A stretch of DNA of 63,466 nt, counting the filler. It is 4 parts of 4 records of this genome, joined end to end, with 100 filler letters (N's around TTAATTAATTAA, not from the genome) between each part and the next. Parts side by side here need not be neighbours in the genome. Positions count along the whole stretch, not along the records: positions 36,564 to 57,852 come from SRR20825019_2410; positions 57,953 to 63,466 come from SRR20825019_2419; 2 more parts are not named here. One strand, 5' to 3'. The notes below the pieces were generated by a model. It saw nothing but the letters and a program-made list of their open reading frames with translations, made no database searches and was not told where the DNA came from. Below are positions 50,593 to 60,588 of the stretch, one piece after another. The position numbers and the translations under genes are program-made. Each line of letters begins with the position of its first letter. The first letter of the stretch is position 1.

Positions 50593-53500
50593 ATGAGTGA
50601 CAGTAGTGGCGACGAGAAAGCAGAAAGCCCTGTCCGGGAGCCGGAAAAGGGATCAGATAGGGAGGAGAAGCCGAAGAAGGAGAAGCACTCGAAGAAGCGC
50701 GACATATCTGACGACGAAAATGAGGAGCGGCCCAAGAAGAAAACAAAGAAGAGGAAGAAACGTGAAAAATTAACGGGAGCTTCTTTCCTTGAGCTCGAGG
50801 CTGAGGTTGATGACGAAGATGAGGAGGACGAGTATGACGAGGGTGAAGACGGCGTCTCCGAGTTGGAGGAAGAGGTCCATGAGAGCTTGGGTGAGCGCGC
50901 TCGACTTCACAGCAAGGTGGAAGCTGGATTCTCGAAGCAGGCGGATACTTTGAAAATGAACGACAAACTGGCCGATCTCGAGAGGAGATACGCCCAGCAA
51001 GGTTCCGACGACGACGATGACGACGTAGTCCGCAGTGATGACGAGGAAGGATACAAGCGGAGAGACCGTGGAGGGGACAGGATTCTTGCCGACGAGGACG
51101 AAGCTACAGATGGCATCGACAAAGCTCGTCTCCTTCCTGGGGTCCGTGACCCTAAACTGTGGATGGTGCGTGTGAAGCCGGGTGCCGAGAAGGCCCTCTG
51201 TATTCGCATGTTCCAGAAGTCTTTTGACCTTCAAGGGACGCCCGAAGCATTGAAGATTAAGAGCGTGGTTGCGCCCGAAAATGTCAAGGGTTGCATCTAT
51301 GTCGAAGCCGAGAAAGAGGTTGACGTGCGCAATGCCTGCTATGGGATGAGAGATATGTTTAGTTTCGATGTCAAGATCGTCCCCATCAAGGAAATGACGC
51401 AGGTTTTGGAATTCAGGCCGACTCGGACAAAGATAGAGAAGGGGATGTGGGTACGGTGCCGGACAGGAGCCTACAAGGGCGATGTTGGACGCGTGTACGA
51501 TGTTGTGGATGGCCGTGACAAGGTCGTTGTGCAACTTGTCCCGCGTATCGACTACGACCAGCTCGTCAAGGACGGATCTGAACGGAAGAAGAAGCCAGGA
51601 AAGCCGCCGCAGAAGATGTTCAATGTTGATGAGTTCACCAGCCGCGGAGGTCAGTATCAGATGAAGCGTAATGAGCTCGGTGAGCAGTTCTATGTCGTTG
51701 ACGGCGCCAAGTGGTTCAAGGAGGGATACTTGTACAAAGACATGAAGTCTCGCAGCCTTGAGCCTGGGGTTCAGCCTTCTCTCGACGAGATTCAGAGGTT
51801 TGGTCTTGAGGATGAAGAGGGCGAGGAGGAGACCAACCTAGCCTTGTCCGTGAACCGCACGAAGCCCTCCTTTGTTCTCAACGATTGCATTCGCGTGACT
51901 CACGGGGACCTGAAGAACTTGACAGGTAGGATCGCGGCTGTCGATCACGCTAACAAGATTGTCCGCGTGAAGGCCGACGAGACATTTGGCCTTTCTAGTG
52001 AGGTTGAATTCGACCTCGACGCCATCCAGAAGTACTTCAAGGTCGGCGACCACGTCAAGGTCATTGCCGGAAGCTACAAAGACGAGACTGGTATGGTCGT
52101 GAAGGTGGATTCCGACGTCTGCGTCCTCTACACCGATCTGACAAAGAAAGAAATTAAGGTGTTTGTCACTGATGTAGTGGAGACATCGGAGGTTGCTACC
52201 GGGCAGGAATCCCTTGGCCAGTATGAGTTGTTTGACCTTGTGCAGATTGACCCGTATACCCTTGGCGTCATTGTGAAGGTGGAGAGCGATTCTTTCCAGG
52301 TGCTGGACAACATGGGTAACGTCAAGCATATGTTGTTGACGGAAATGGGAACCAAGAAAGATTCGAAGAGGACCACGCTGGTCGATAATGAGCAGAATAG
52401 CATATGTGTCAACGACGTGGTGCGCTGCATTGAGGGAGATCACAAGGGGCGCCAGGGCACCATCCGGCATTTGTACCGCACGTGGGTTTGGCTGTACTCG
52501 CGTGATGTGATGGACAACAATGGAATCTTTGTCGTGCGTGCCCGACAGGTCCTGGCACAGAATAAGAAGAGCAGCGGGCCGGGCATGAACAGCCCGGCGG
52601 GTGGGTTCGACAGGCTTCAGTCCCCGTCCATGAGGGGCGGCATGCAGCAGAGGGGAGGGATGAGTCCGCGGGGAGGCATGGGCGGCGGTCGCGGGGGTCG
52701 CCAATCGCACCCTTTGGAGAACAAGACCATTCGGGTGACGAAGGGTCCGTACAAGGGCATGATTGGCCTTGTGAAGAACGGGAATGACACACATGTACGT
52801 GTGGAGCTCCATGCCAAGAGCAAGGCCATCACCGTACCTGTCCAAATGGTGAGACAAGAGGGTGGCCAGAGCACCTTTGGTGGAGGTGGCCGGCAGGACT
52901 ACGCCCCCGGAGATGGCTACCACATGGGCGCGGCCACACCCATGCACGCCGGTGCGCAGACTCCTATGTGGCGCCCCAATGATGACTACGGGTCCAGCCG
53001 TTCACCATGGGGTGGTGTGGGATCGCGCACCCCCATGCGCGATGACGATGGCAGCCGCACTCCGATGAGGGATGGCGGTCGCTCGTCCGCCCGTGACGAC
53101 ATCTGGAACCCTAACGTTCCACAGACCCCGGCCCGTGACCCTAACCAGGGCTACGATGACGACCCCGGGACCCCCGCCTACGGCGGGGCAACACCTGGAG
53201 GCTACAATATGCGGACGCCGGGAGATAGGTGGGGCAACACCCCTGGTGGAGCCACACCCTACGGTGCTCCGAGCCCCGGCTTTGGCAACATGGACCGTGG
53301 TGCCCCAACACCCGGAGGGGCGCCGACGCCCGGTGGCCACTACGGAGGGTGGGATGCACATAATGCGCACACGCCTGGCATGGGCGCAATGACCCCTGGC
53401 ATGGGTGCCCCCACGCCGGGTGGCATGATGGCACACACCCCGGGGATGGCCGCCCACACTCCTGGGATGGCCGCACCGACACCAGGGATGGGTGCGCCGA

Positions 53501-54066
53501 CCCCTGGGGGCATGGGAGCGCCGACTCCAGGCGGCATGAGCGCTCCGACGCCCGGCGGCATGAGCGCGCCTACGCCGGGCGGTGGCGGAATGGGAGCCCC
53601 CACACCCGGAATGGGCGCCCCCACGCCCGGCATGGGAGCCCCCACGCCCGGCATGGTAGCCCCGACGCCAGGCTATGACCACAACTCATTTACCCCTGGC
53701 TATGGAGGAACTTATGCCGACCAAGCCGCTCCTACTCCTGGTGCGGGATATGCGAATGTCGAGCCGTGGTGTTCTCCCAACATTGTGGTTGAGGTGGAGG
53801 CGTCTGGCGAGCAGGGTACCGTCGTTAATGTGGATGGAAACAACGTGACCATCAGCGTCAATGGCCGTTCTTCCTCGCACGCCGCGGACCAACTGAAAAA
53901 GGTTGACCCCCAGAAGAACGACCTGGTGCGTATCATTAAGGGCGAAAGCACGGGCAAGACCGGTAAACTTGTTGGTGTGGACTCTGGTGATGGTATCGTA
54001 CAGATGGACGTGGACAATGATATTAAGATTATCCCCATTGACGAGCTGGCCAAGCTGGCTAGGTAG
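50593..54066 (+). CDS. SPT5: Transcription elongation factor SPT5 (intronless CDS, about 1157 aa)
   Basis: Acidic N-terminus, NGN domain (LLPGVRDPKLWMVRV; KGCIYVEA), multiple KOW motifs, TP-rich CTR repeats and C-terminal KOWs. Confidence 0.95.
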   Translation: MSDSSGDEKAESPVREPEKGSDREEKPKKEKHSKKRDISDDENEERPKKKTKKRKKREKLTGASFLELEAEVDDEDEEDEYDEGEDGVSELEEEVHESLGERARLHSKVEAGFSKQADTLKMNDKLADLERRYAQQGSDDDDDDVVRSDDEEGYKRRDRGGDRILADEDEATDGIDKARLLPGVRDPKLWMVRVKPGAEKALCIRMFQKSFDLQGTPEALKIKSVVAPENVKGCIYVEAEKEVDVRNACYGMRDMFSFDVKIVPIKEMTQVLEFRPTRTKIEKGMWVRCRTGAYKGDVGRVYDVVDGRDKVVVQLVPRIDYDQLVKDGSERKKKPGKPPQKMFNVDEFTSRGGQYQMKRNELGEQFYVVDGAKWFKEGYLYKDMKSRSLEPGVQPSLDEIQRFGLEDEEGEEETNLALSVNRTKPSFVLNDCIRVTHGDLKNLTGRIAAVDHANKIVRVKADETFGLSSEVEFDLDAIQKYFKVGDHVKVIAGSYKDETGMVVKVDSDVCVLYTDLTKKEIKVFVTDVVETSEVATGQESLGQYELFDLVQIDPYTLGVIVKVESDSFQVLDNMGNVKHMLLTEMGTKKDSKRTTLVDNEQNSICVNDVVRCIEGDHKGRQGTIRHLYRTWVWLYSRDVMDNNGIFVVRARQVLAQNKKSSGPGMNSPAGGFDRLQSPSMRGGMQQRGGMSPRGGMGGGRGGRQSHPLENKTIRVTKGPYKGMIGLVKNGNDTHVRVELHAKSKAITVPVQMVRQEGGQSTFGGGGRQDYAPGDGYHMGAATPMHAGAQTPMWRPNDDYGSSRSPWGGVGSRTPMRDDDGSRTPMRDGGRSSARDDIWNPNVPQTPARDPNQGYDDDPGTPAYGGATPGGYNMRTPGDRWGNTPGGATPYGAPSPGFGNMDRGAPTPGGAPTPGGHYGGWDAHNAHTPGMGAMTPGMGAPTPGGMMAHTPGMAAHTPGMAAPTPGMGAPTPGGMGAPTPGGMSAPTPGGMSAPTPGGGGMGAPTPGMGAPTPGMGAPTPGMVAPTPGYDHNSFTPGYGGTYADQAAPTPGAGYANVEPWCSPNIVVEVEASGEQGTVVNVDGNNVTISVNGRSSSHAADQLKKVDPQKNDLVRIIKGESTGKTGKLVGVDSGDGIVQMDVDNDIKIIPIDELAKLAR
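53299..53742 (+). repeat. Coding tandem array of 18 TPG units (mostly MxAPTPG) in the SPT5 C-terminal repeat region
   Basis: Counted from the translation. Synonymous positions vary between units. Confidence 0.85.
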
Positions 54067-54682
54067 TTGGCCAAAGAACTAAACGGAAGAGTTTCTTGTT
54101 TTTGTTGGTGTTGCTGCTCTTTTCAATGTAGCCTGTGTGTGAGAGGGAGTCCATCATGATTGAGCATTGCTACTATAAATAGAAATCAATACCGCATTGT
54201 TTCTTGTACATATCTTATGTGAACTTGTACACTTACGTGCGGTTGGTGGAGGCAATCGCAGCATTTGTGATTCTCTGCACCGGGTCTATGCGGAGGCCAG
54301 TCATGGATTGGCAGTGAAATTTGCAGGCGCCGGGGAATGAAATCGGCCCTACTCACCCTCAGTGTGGGCACACTCAAGGGTACACCCTGACCGGAGCCGG
54401 TCACCACCGGCCTCGGGAGTATGACCGACGAGTCATCATGCCAGGCCAGGTGAGCTTTCGAGTTGGTGTGGTGTGTTGGTTGAGTGTGGGGCAGTCCGAC
54501 TGAGTTCGAAGCCACTTCAGTATGGGAAGGTTCGGGTCCATCCTAAGGCTAACCTACGCACCGCCAGTGCCTCCCGTCCGCTGTGCACCACTACTGCTGA
54601 AGGCAAGGCGCTGGGCCAACCAAATATATATGCGGCCGTGAGTCTGACGTTGAATCACTGAAGCGCATACTCAAGCACCGTC

Positions 54683-57484
54683 ATGGGCAAGCCGCGTCCC
54701 CCGTGCCCAAAGACTCAAAAGAAGTTGGGTGTATCCAACGTTGACAAGAAGGCAGTGGGAAGCCTTTCCCGCTCCCGTAGTGCCATTCCAAATGCAACTT
54801 CACCTGCAACTTCACCTGCAACTTCACCTGAACGGGCGACCAGTCCCGCACCGAAGAGGAAGGATAAGGATAAGAGCAAGGACAAAGATAAACCGAAGCC
54901 TGACAAAAAGAGCCGCGCGCCGGTGCAGGATCGAAAGGAGAGTCTTGGATCTCCCCCACTTAGTGACAATGAGCCCATGAGTAGTGGGGGCAGTCGGCCC
55001 ATGTCTCCGGCTTCGGTTGACTTGCCTGACTGGGCCGATAAGGACGACGAGCCTATGTCACCCGCAGCCTCGCCGCCCCCAATTGAGTCTCCTGTGGAGG
55101 GTGGTGCTGGCGGAAAGCAGGATCCTAAGTCAACGCCGGGGAACTTCGGTGGTAAGGCCAGTAAGAAGAAGAAGAAGGAAGCGGAACCAGAGCCCGAGGA
55201 GGAGGAGGACGAAGAAGAACTGAGTGAAGATGATACTCAAACAAAGAATGCTCTAGACAAGAAGAAGGAAGAACTGAGGAAGAAGGGGCTGGGTGCCACT
55301 GCCAAGGCAGCTGAGGAGGGCAGAGAGAGAATGGGGAAGATGATGGGGAAGAAGAAGTTTGCTGAAGCTGAAGCTGACCGAGCTGATCTACAGGCGGAGG
55401 AAAAGGCCCCTTCGGCGTGGCGCCACGGCAGGGGTAATGACAGGTCTGTTGCTCCTCTCAAGGGGACGGTGACGAAGATCGGGGGCATGACGCCAACTAC
55501 CCGCTTCCTCAGTGACCCCGAGATCAAGGCGTTTATATCCTCGAAGAACTACGCCGGGGTACTGTTCCATCCCAGATACACCCAACTTATAGATGAGCTC
55601 TCCGATGGCCCTGGCCCCAAAGACTGGAACTCGTGGAAGTCTCCACGCAACTATTGGGCTATTGGGAAGTTGATCAAGCACATCGAGGGGATTTACGAGC
55701 TGCCGAACGCAAAGACTCAGTCTATGCTCAGACATATGGATTACAGGGAGCTTCTGAAGAGCAATGGATTCTGCCAGGCGTTATCGAACATGAGGCCAAA
55801 GGAACAGGAGAAATGCATCCGGTGCCTGACAGGCAATGTGGCGTATTATTCCATGAATAGCATGAACTCAGCTTCGAGCCTGATGACACTCGAACGAAAA
55901 AAGAAGGTTGGCCCGGAAGAAGTGGAGCAGGTGGAGGAAGCAGAAGGCGTCAAGGCCAAAACATTCGGGCGTTTCCTCAAGAAGACCCAGTCTGCGGAGA
56001 AGGAGATTTCCGACAAGATGAAGCTGCAGTCTTATTGCAAGGATGTCGTCGCGGATACGATGGTCGACCGTGGCTCTGCATACACAGATATTCAGCGTCG
56101 TCTCCAGTCGCTTAACTTTGCCGACATCATCGTTGCCGGGGAGCCCTTTGTGGAGATCCTGTTGCGGTTTGTTGAACGCTACCCTCCTGCTGACGAGGGC
56201 AGTCCTTGGGGCCAGATCTACAACGCTATCACCGCCGAGCTGTGGGCTGAGGTGTTGGACGATGACGTCTTCTTGGCCGCGCTCAAGCGCGCTGTTGGCG
56301 CGCGCAAGGCCAAGGAAAAGTTCGGCAAGTTCAAGGGCGCGACCATGGGAAAATTCAAAAAGGTGGCCAAGGGAGACATTTTGGCGAAAGGAGAAGACGA
56401 CGAAGAAGGGGAGGAAGGAGGTGGAGAAGGCGAGAAGAAGGAAGAGCTCTGTTGGTCATCTGGCCGTGATCGGGAGGGTCGCACTGTTGTGGTCTTCGAC
56501 GTTATGCAGCTGCCAGTGTATGACGACGCAGAGCTTGTTGAAGAAGCTGTGGACAAGGCGAATGCACTTCTGGACCAAGTGGTTGATGGCAACTTTGTCT
56601 GCGTTGCCTGCTACGATAACGCCCTGCCTAATGCCACCGAGGCCACCATCACCAACGTCTTCAATGCCGTGCAGAACATATACAAATACATCGGCCGTCG
56701 TTACATGAGCCTTCTGTCCGTGCTCTACATTGTACACCCCAAGAAGGAGTACAATGCCGTCGAGGCACCAAAGTTCAAGGGCGCAGCGAAGAAGTTGGCG
56801 CAGCAGGTTGAGACATTTGCCCAGAAAACGGAGCACATCTGGTGCGTGCTCGATTTGTATGAGGCGATTCGCCATGAGCAGGTCAATCTTCCTCCGTACA
56901 CTTATGCCCGTGAATATGAGAAGAAGGTCGAGGTGCGCATCTCCGTGCGTGAGCTGCGCCAGCTTAAGACATCGATGACTAAGGCCCTGAATGAGAAACG
57001 TAAGATCGCGGAGGATCTACTCAGCCGCGATGTCAAGCTCAGTGATGAGCATCGTCGCGAGGTTCAGAAGTATCTTACGGTCGATCCTGCCTTTGAGAAT
57101 CGGTACAAGAAGTTTAAGGCGCGCCTGCCCCCCAAGGAAGAGGCCGAGAGCTTCGTGCTCTGCGAATCCGGCGAGATTGTCTTCCTGCTACGCAGCCTTA
57201 GCTTGGAGATGCACTACCGCGAGCGTATGCGCATCATAGATAGTTTGAACCAAGGTGGTGTGAAGAAGGGAGGCAAGGAGGAGGGGGCACGTCGAGGCTC
57301 CGCTATCTCGTCAGCGACAGCAAACCTTGGTATGCGTCGTGGCTCTCAGCAGCGTGGCAGTGTGTCTGGGAATACCGGGTCCGAGATGACACCCGAGGAG
57401 GCAGCCAAGGTTGCCGCCGAGGCTGCAGGTGGGGGCAAGCGTAAGATGTCCAAATTTGGCCTTCGTCGTGGGAGTCAGGCATAG
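54683..57484 (+). CDS. Hypothetical protein with divergent CRAL-TRIO (BCH-like) domain, intronless
   Basis: SGRDREGRTVVVF...LLDQVVDGNFV...YKYIGRRYMSLLSVLYIVHP pattern. Low-complexity SP-rich N-terminus and repeated RRGS at the C-terminus. Confidence 0.7.
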   Translation: MGKPRPPCPKTQKKLGVSNVDKKAVGSLSRSRSAIPNATSPATSPATSPERATSPAPKRKDKDKSKDKDKPKPDKKSRAPVQDRKESLGSPPLSDNEPMSSGGSRPMSPASVDLPDWADKDDEPMSPAASPPPIESPVEGGAGGKQDPKSTPGNFGGKASKKKKKEAEPEPEEEEDEEELSEDDTQTKNALDKKKEELRKKGLGATAKAAEEGRERMGKMMGKKKFAEAEADRADLQAEEKAPSAWRHGRGNDRSVAPLKGTVTKIGGMTPTTRFLSDPEIKAFISSKNYAGVLFHPRYTQLIDELSDGPGPKDWNSWKSPRNYWAIGKLIKHIEGIYELPNAKTQSMLRHMDYRELLKSNGFCQALSNMRPKEQEKCIRCLTGNVAYYSMNSMNSASSLMTLERKKKVGPEEVEQVEEAEGVKAKTFGRFLKKTQSAEKEISDKMKLQSYCKDVVADTMVDRGSAYTDIQRRLQSLNFADIIVAGEPFVEILLRFVERYPPADEGSPWGQIYNAITAELWAEVLDDDVFLAALKRAVGARKAKEKFGKFKGATMGKFKKVAKGDILAKGEDDEEGEEGGGEGEKKEELCWSSGRDREGRTVVVFDVMQLPVYDDAELVEEAVDKANALLDQVVDGNFVCVACYDNALPNATEATITNVFNAVQNIYKYIGRRYMSLLSVLYIVHPKKEYNAVEAPKFKGAAKKLAQQVETFAQKTEHIWCVLDLYEAIRHEQVNLPPYTYAREYEKKVEVRISVRELRQLKTSMTKALNEKRKIAEDLLSRDVKLSDEHRREVQKYLTVDPAFENRYKKFKARLPPKEEAESFVLCESGEIVFLLRSLSLEMHYRERMRIIDSLNQGGVKKGGKEEGARRGSAISSATANLGMRRGSQQRGSVSGNTGSEMTPEEAAKVAAEAAGGGKRKMSKFGLRRGSQA

Positions 57485-57654
57485 AACTGAGGTGCCTTAG
57501 CTCGGTCTTATTTTTCATCGTTTGACGATGTGCTCGTGGCGGCCTTTACCCAGGAGCAGCAGTGCGGGTTGTCTGAATGTAGCCTTCAAAGGCCACCGTC
57601 ACGTCCCGAGCAATAAAGAAGTTGCAAGCATGTGTGCGCTGACATTTATGAATT

Positions 57655-57852
57655 CTACTCATCGTCGTCACTGACTTCAACATTGGCAGCGGCAGCAGCA
57701 TCCACATCCGCATCACTGTCGTCATCATCTGCTGCTTCCTTGGGCGCTTCTGCCTCAGCAGGGCTCTTTTCTTCCTCCTTCTCCTCTTCCTTCTGCTCCT
57801 CCTTCTGCTCCTCCTCCTGTTCCTCCTCCTTCTCCTCCTCCTCCTCCTCCTC
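57655..57852 (-). CDS. Acidic C-terminal fragment of a gene truncated by the contig end (absent from the ORF track)
   Basis: The minus frame reads ...EEEKEEEQEEEQKEEQKEEEKEEEKSPAEAEAPKEAADDDSDADVDAAAAANVEVSDDDE-stop. Confidence 0.65.
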   Translation of the reverse strand, partial: EEEEEEEKEEEQEEEQKEEQKEEEKEEEKSPAEAEAPKEAADDDDSDADVDAAAAANVEVSDDDE

Positions 57853-57952
57853 NNNNNNNNNNNNNNNNNNNNNNNNNNNNNNNNNNNNNNNNNNNNTTAA
57901 TTAATTAANNNNNNNNNNNNNNNNNNNNNNNNNNNNNNNNNNNNNNNNNNNN
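57853..57952. other. Artificial contig-joining spacer
   Basis: Same N44-TTAATTAATTAA-N44 linker. Confidence 0.98.
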
Positions 57953-57998
57953 GCTATCAGGTATTCAAGTTGTGCCTAGCTGTTTGGCTAAGCGGGTG

Positions 57999-58049
57999 CA
58001 AATATAACATCAATAATCTATTTTCCAAGGTGAATTATAGATAAATTTG
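57999..58049. promoter_or_regulatory. Divergent Bacteroidota -7 elements
   Basis: TATATTTG on minus (57999-58006, pointing off the contig) and TAAATTTG on plus (58042-58049, before aroK). Confidence 0.55.
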
Positions 58050-58081
58050 TGTTTTTTTGAAATCTGATAAAATTCATCAAT

Positions 58082-58594
58082 ATGAAAATTGTGTTAGTGG
58101 GATATATGGCGAGTGGAAAGTCGACCGTTGGACGATTGTTGGCCAGTCATTTACAGATGGAGTTCATCGATTTGGACGACTATATTGAAGCCAATCAAAA
58201 AAAATCCATAAAAAATATTTTTTCTGAAAAAGGAGAGATTTTTTTCAGGAAGTTGGAGCATCAAATGCTAAAAGAGGTTCTGGAAAAGGAAGAGTCTATT
58301 ATAATTTCAACCGGGGGCGGCACACCGTGCTATGGAACCAATATGGCCACCATTTTGGAACAGGCCGATGCATCCATTTATCTTGACTTGAGCATTCCCA
58401 ATTTGGTGAACCGGATTTCAAAAGAAAAAGTGAACCGGCCGCTGGTGAAAAATATTCCCGATTCGGAACTTCCCGAATTTATAGGCAAGCACTTGTTTGA
58501 GCGTAGGCCCTATTATTTACAATCAAAACACATTTTGGACTGCAACGACAAAGATGTGGAAACGGTAGTGGATGAAATCAAGGAACTACTCTAG
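58082..58594 (+). CDS. aroK: Shikimate kinase
   Basis: GYMASGKST P-loop, DLD, GEIFFR, STGGG, RPL. Confidence 0.93.
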   Translation: MKIVLVGYMASGKSTVGRLLASHLQMEFIDLDDYIEANQKKSIKNIFSEKGEIFFRKLEHQMLKEVLEKEESIIISTGGGTPCYGTNMATILEQADASIYLDLSIPNLVNRISKEKVNRPLVKNIPDSELPEFIGKHLFERRPYYLQSKHILDCNDKDVETVVDEIKELL

Positions 58595-59083
58595 GTAGAC
58601 AGCATTGTTCTTGGGCTCAAAATCAACTTTTATATGTTCGTTCAAGGAGGTGGATAACGAAATACCCTTAAAATCGGCCTTGATGGGATATTTTTTGTGG
58701 TTCCTGTTCACCAATACGGCCGTTTTAAGTTGTTTTATGGGCGTTTTGAGAAAATGATGGGTTCCATATATCAAAGTAGTGCCGGAATTCAGCACATCGT
58801 CCACCAAAACGATTGATTTATTTTTATAACCATCTTCCGCAAGGGAGGTACTGACGCCGCTTTCCAACGGATTTTTCTTGTCCATATCCATTTTGCACAA
58901 CACAATGTTGGCATCGGTTATGTTTTTGAGTACGGTGACTATTTTTTTTGCAAAACTTTCTCCGCCACCTTTAATTCCGGCGACCACAATTTCAGCCTCG
59001 TCCACATTGGTCTCATAAATCTGATAAGCGATTCTTTTGGTAATGTGCTGTATCTGGTCATGGTTAAGAATAAGGTTCCTCAT
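58586..59083 (-). CDS. Phosphoribosyltransferase family protein (PyrR-like)
   Basis: RIAYQIYE and the PRPP-binding loop IVLVDDVLNSGTT. Preceded by TATCTTTG at 59103-59110 (minus). Confidence 0.85.
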   Translation of the reverse strand: MRNLILNHDQIQHITKRIAYQIYETNVDEAEIVVAGIKGGGESFAKKIVTVLKNITDANIVLCKMDMDKKNPLESGVSTSLAEDGYKNKSIVLVDDVLNSGTTLIYGTHHFLKTPIKQLKTAVLVNRNHKKYPIKADFKGISLSTSLNEHIKVDFEPKNNAVYLE

Positions 59084-59120
59084 AGTTGCGCAATAGTTGA
59101 TTCAAAGATATGAAAACGGT

Positions 59121-59492
59121 TTATTCCGATTCGTCCAAAAAGTCGTCCAAATCCCGACGGTCTTTTTTGGTAGGTCGACCAAGTCCTTTTTTTCGGTAAT
59201 GCTTTTTTGCATGTTGAAGCAGTTCGCTGTGTTCAAAGGCATCTTTTGGCGTGGTATCCTTTCGGTAAATATCCACCAATTTGGCTCCTACACGGCTCTC
59301 GGGAACGTCCAAAACCGTAAGTTGATAGTCGATTTGATTTTTCCGTACCACGATTTTATCCATAGGGAAAACATCCCGTGAAGGCTTTACGGCACTGCCA
59401 TTTACCTTAACATGGCCCTTTTTTACCGCATTGGAGGCAATGCTTCGTGTTTTAAAGTATCTGGTGCACCAAAGGTACTTGTCTATTCGCAT
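59121..59492 (-). CDS. RNA-binding S4 domain protein (Hsp15/HslR-like)
   Basis: MRIDKYLW..R.FKTRS, GRPTKKDRR. Preceded by TATTTTTG at 59524-59531 (minus). Confidence 0.9.
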   Translation of the reverse strand: MRIDKYLWCTRYFKTRSIASNAVKKGHVKVNGSAVKPSRDVFPMDKIVVRKNQIDYQLTVLDVPESRVGAKLVDIYRKDTTPKDAFEHSELLQHAKKHYRKKGLGRPTKKDRRDLDDFLDESE

Positions 59493-59567
59493 GGTCTTCG
59501 CAAATCTTTGTTAACGGACGGAACAAAAATAATGGAAAATTGTATCTTGCGCGCCTAAATAACAGAC

Positions 59568-60521
59568 TTGATGAAGTACGGAATTTTAGTATTTATTTGT
59601 TTTGCGGTAACGCTGCTATCCTGTAAAAATGATGATAATGGAGGCCCCGAAGCCATACCGCCAAGCTTATTGAGCGATGTTGCACCGGAGGATGACGAAA
59701 CCATTAGGGAGTTTTTGAACACCCACTTTTACAACTATGAAGAATTTGAAACACCACCTGAGGGTTTTGATTATAGGATAGTTATTGATACCATAGCTGG
59801 TGAGAATGCCGACAAACGACCTTTAATGGAAGATGCTGAATCCATTACTTTTAATGTATCATCAAGTTTTTTGGGCCTTAGTGCGGGAGAAGAGAATATA
59901 GCTCACAAACTGTATTATATTGAAGCGCGGGAAGGCGGCGGAGAAAGCCCAACCTATGCGGATTCTACTTTGTTGAAATATGAAGGGACCTTGTTGAATG
60001 GGACTCCCTTTGATCAAAGAGCCGAATTTACTTGGCAAGAACTTTCCTTTAGCGTTCAAGGTTACTCCAATGGTGTTGCAAAAATGAAAGCGGGAACACC
60101 CGACCAAATCATAGATAATCCAGATGGTACCTACAGTATTGCCGATAGCGGAATAGGGTTGATTATTATGCCATCCGGTCTTGGATATTTTCATAATCCA
60201 ACTACCTCGGTAATACCAAGATATGCCCCTCTAATCTTTAAAGTGGAGTTGGGTGCTTTTGTTGAGGATACCGATAGTGATAATGATGGTATTCCTTCAA
60301 TTGACGAAGATTTGAACGGTAATGGGTATTTGTTTGATGACAACACAGACTTTGATGTAGAGCCTTTCAATGGTCGTTTGGCCAATTTTCGTGACCCTGA
60401 TGACGATGGCGATGGTATACCCACACGGGATGAGATATCCGATGGGAATGGCAATATTATAAAGCCATATCCAGATGCGGACGGAGATGGAGTCCCTGAT
60501 TATTTAGATCCGGACAACTAA
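59568..60521 (+). CDS. FKBP-type peptidyl-prolyl isomerase lipoprotein with C-terminal DxDxDG Ca-binding repeats
   Basis: Lipobox LLSC. YEGTLLNGTPFD, MPSGLGY, PLIFKVEL. DSDNDGIP, DDDGDGIP, DADGDGVPDYLD. Confidence 0.85.
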   Translation: MMKYGILVFICFAVTLLSCKNDDNGGPEAIPPSLLSDVAPEDDETIREFLNTHFYNYEEFETPPEGFDYRIVIDTIAGENADKRPLMEDAESITFNVSSSFLGLSAGEENIAHKLYYIEAREGGGESPTYADSTLLKYEGTLLNGTPFDQRAEFTWQELSFSVQGYSNGVAKMKAGTPDQIIDNPDGTYSIADSGIGLIIMPSGLGYFHNPTTSVIPRYAPLIFKVELGAFVEDTDSDNDGIPSIDEDLNGNGYLFDDNTDFDVEPFNGRLANFRDPDDDGDGIPTRDEISDGNGNIIKPYPDADGDGVPDYLDPDN

Positions 60522-60540
60522 AAAACAACTTATAAAAAAT

Positions 60541-60570
60541 AAAAACCCGCTGCATTGCAGCGGGTTTTTT
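60541..60570. terminator. Bidirectional intrinsic terminator
   Basis: AAAAACCCGCTGCA-T-TGCAGCGGGTTTTT between convergent genes. Confidence 0.85.
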
Positions 60571-60588
60571 TATGTACTTAATTGGATA

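Noticed and set aside
8704-57952. Apparent bacteria-eukaryote mosaic or horizontal transfer, and a thrice-repeated TTAATTAATTAA motif
   Set aside because: Each junction is an identical N-padded six-frame-stop linker and genes are truncated at the edges. This is a concatenation artefact, so no cross-contig linkage can be inferred.
57953-58000. Leader of a possible stable-RNA gene downstream of the minus-strand promoter
   Set aside because: The contig ends before any tRNA or rRNA sequence is visible.
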